Below, in pieces: positions 63,450 through 64,000 of a stretch of 64,000 nucleotides of DNA; position 1 is the first letter of the stretch; the number at the start of each line of letters is the position of its first letter. The notes beneath the pieces were generated by a model. It did no database searches and was not told the DNA's origin. It saw only the letters and a list, made by a program, of their open reading frames with translations. The position numbers and the translations under genes are program-made. The DNA comes from Squalus acanthias (taxonomy: Eukaryota): positions 125,178,001 to 125,242,000 of the forward strand of contig CM059430.1 of the NCBI GenBank assembly GCA_030390025.1. Reading direction: 5' to 3'.

Positions 63450-63637
63450 GGGGGCAATTTTAACCTAACTCGCTGGGTGAAAAACCCATGGGATCGGGTG
63501 GAACGCTGGTTTTACACCCCGCCCAATATTACTCTCCATTGACTTAAATAGAGAGTAAAATCAGGCAGGGTGTAAAACTAGCCATGCACCCGATCTCGTC
63601 AGTTTTCTGATGGGTGGCTTAGGTTAAAATTGCCCCC
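63450..63637. mobile_element. Fold-back MITE (188 bp), PIF/Harbinger-like
   Basis: TIRs GGGGGCAATTTTAACCTAA and TTAGGTTAAAATTGCCCCC, a perfect ATT TSD (63447-63449 and 63638-63640), and internal palindromy. Confidence 0.88.
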
Positions 63638-64000
63638 ATTGATTCAGAAAAACCCAGGAAAAAATTCATGCCAGATATCATTTTTGAAAAATCCATTCTA
63701 ACTAAAAAAAAAAGTGTCCCTTTAATTTTGAATTATCCATGCAACTTACCTTTACAATCTGATCTGAATGGGTGGTAGTAACACTGGGCAATACTTCTGT
63801 CCGCACAATGGCAAATTCATTGCAGCACCTAAAGCTTTTCATTAGCATGTTTCATGTTTCATGCTGATGAACTTTACTGCCTGAATGAGGACTGAATAAC
63901 ACAGGTACACAGCCCGCTCACATCATTTGAACTGGCAGGTTTTCAGTGGGATGTGGCGGGGAGCCATAGCCATTCAATTTCCTGTTTCCCGTAGGCCTTA

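Overview
This is eukaryotic vertebrate DNA, and the repeat content (shark-type CR1 and L2 LINEs, SacSINE1-like Deu-SINEs, Penelope-like elements) points to a cartilaginous fish. The only host coding sequence found is the first coding exon of an ephrin-B gene, most like EFNB1, on the minus strand at 54480-54598. It is too short for the ORF track. It has a GT donor, a 5'UTR containing one uORF, and a CCAAT/GC-box promoter at about 55150-55250. No ephrin exon 2 was seen, so positions 1-54479 are inferred to be part of a >54-kb intron 1. All long ORFs come from retroelements. These include a full-length CR1 (ORF1 esterase plus ORF2 APE-RT) nested in another LINE with an exact TSD and a doubled 3' tail, a three-layer L2>CR1>MITE nest, and a young 5'-truncated CR1. 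There are also Gypsy, Tx1, L2 and Penelope relics. The most notable items are a 410-bp TSD-flanked Penelope-derived insertion with an intact minimal hammerhead ribozyme, fold-back MITEs with ATT TSDs, a repeat-spacer-like 45-bp minisatellite, and a 19/20 identical 20-mer on both sides of the ephrin promoter. Repeat boundaries were read by eye and are approximate unless a TSD or TIR is given.
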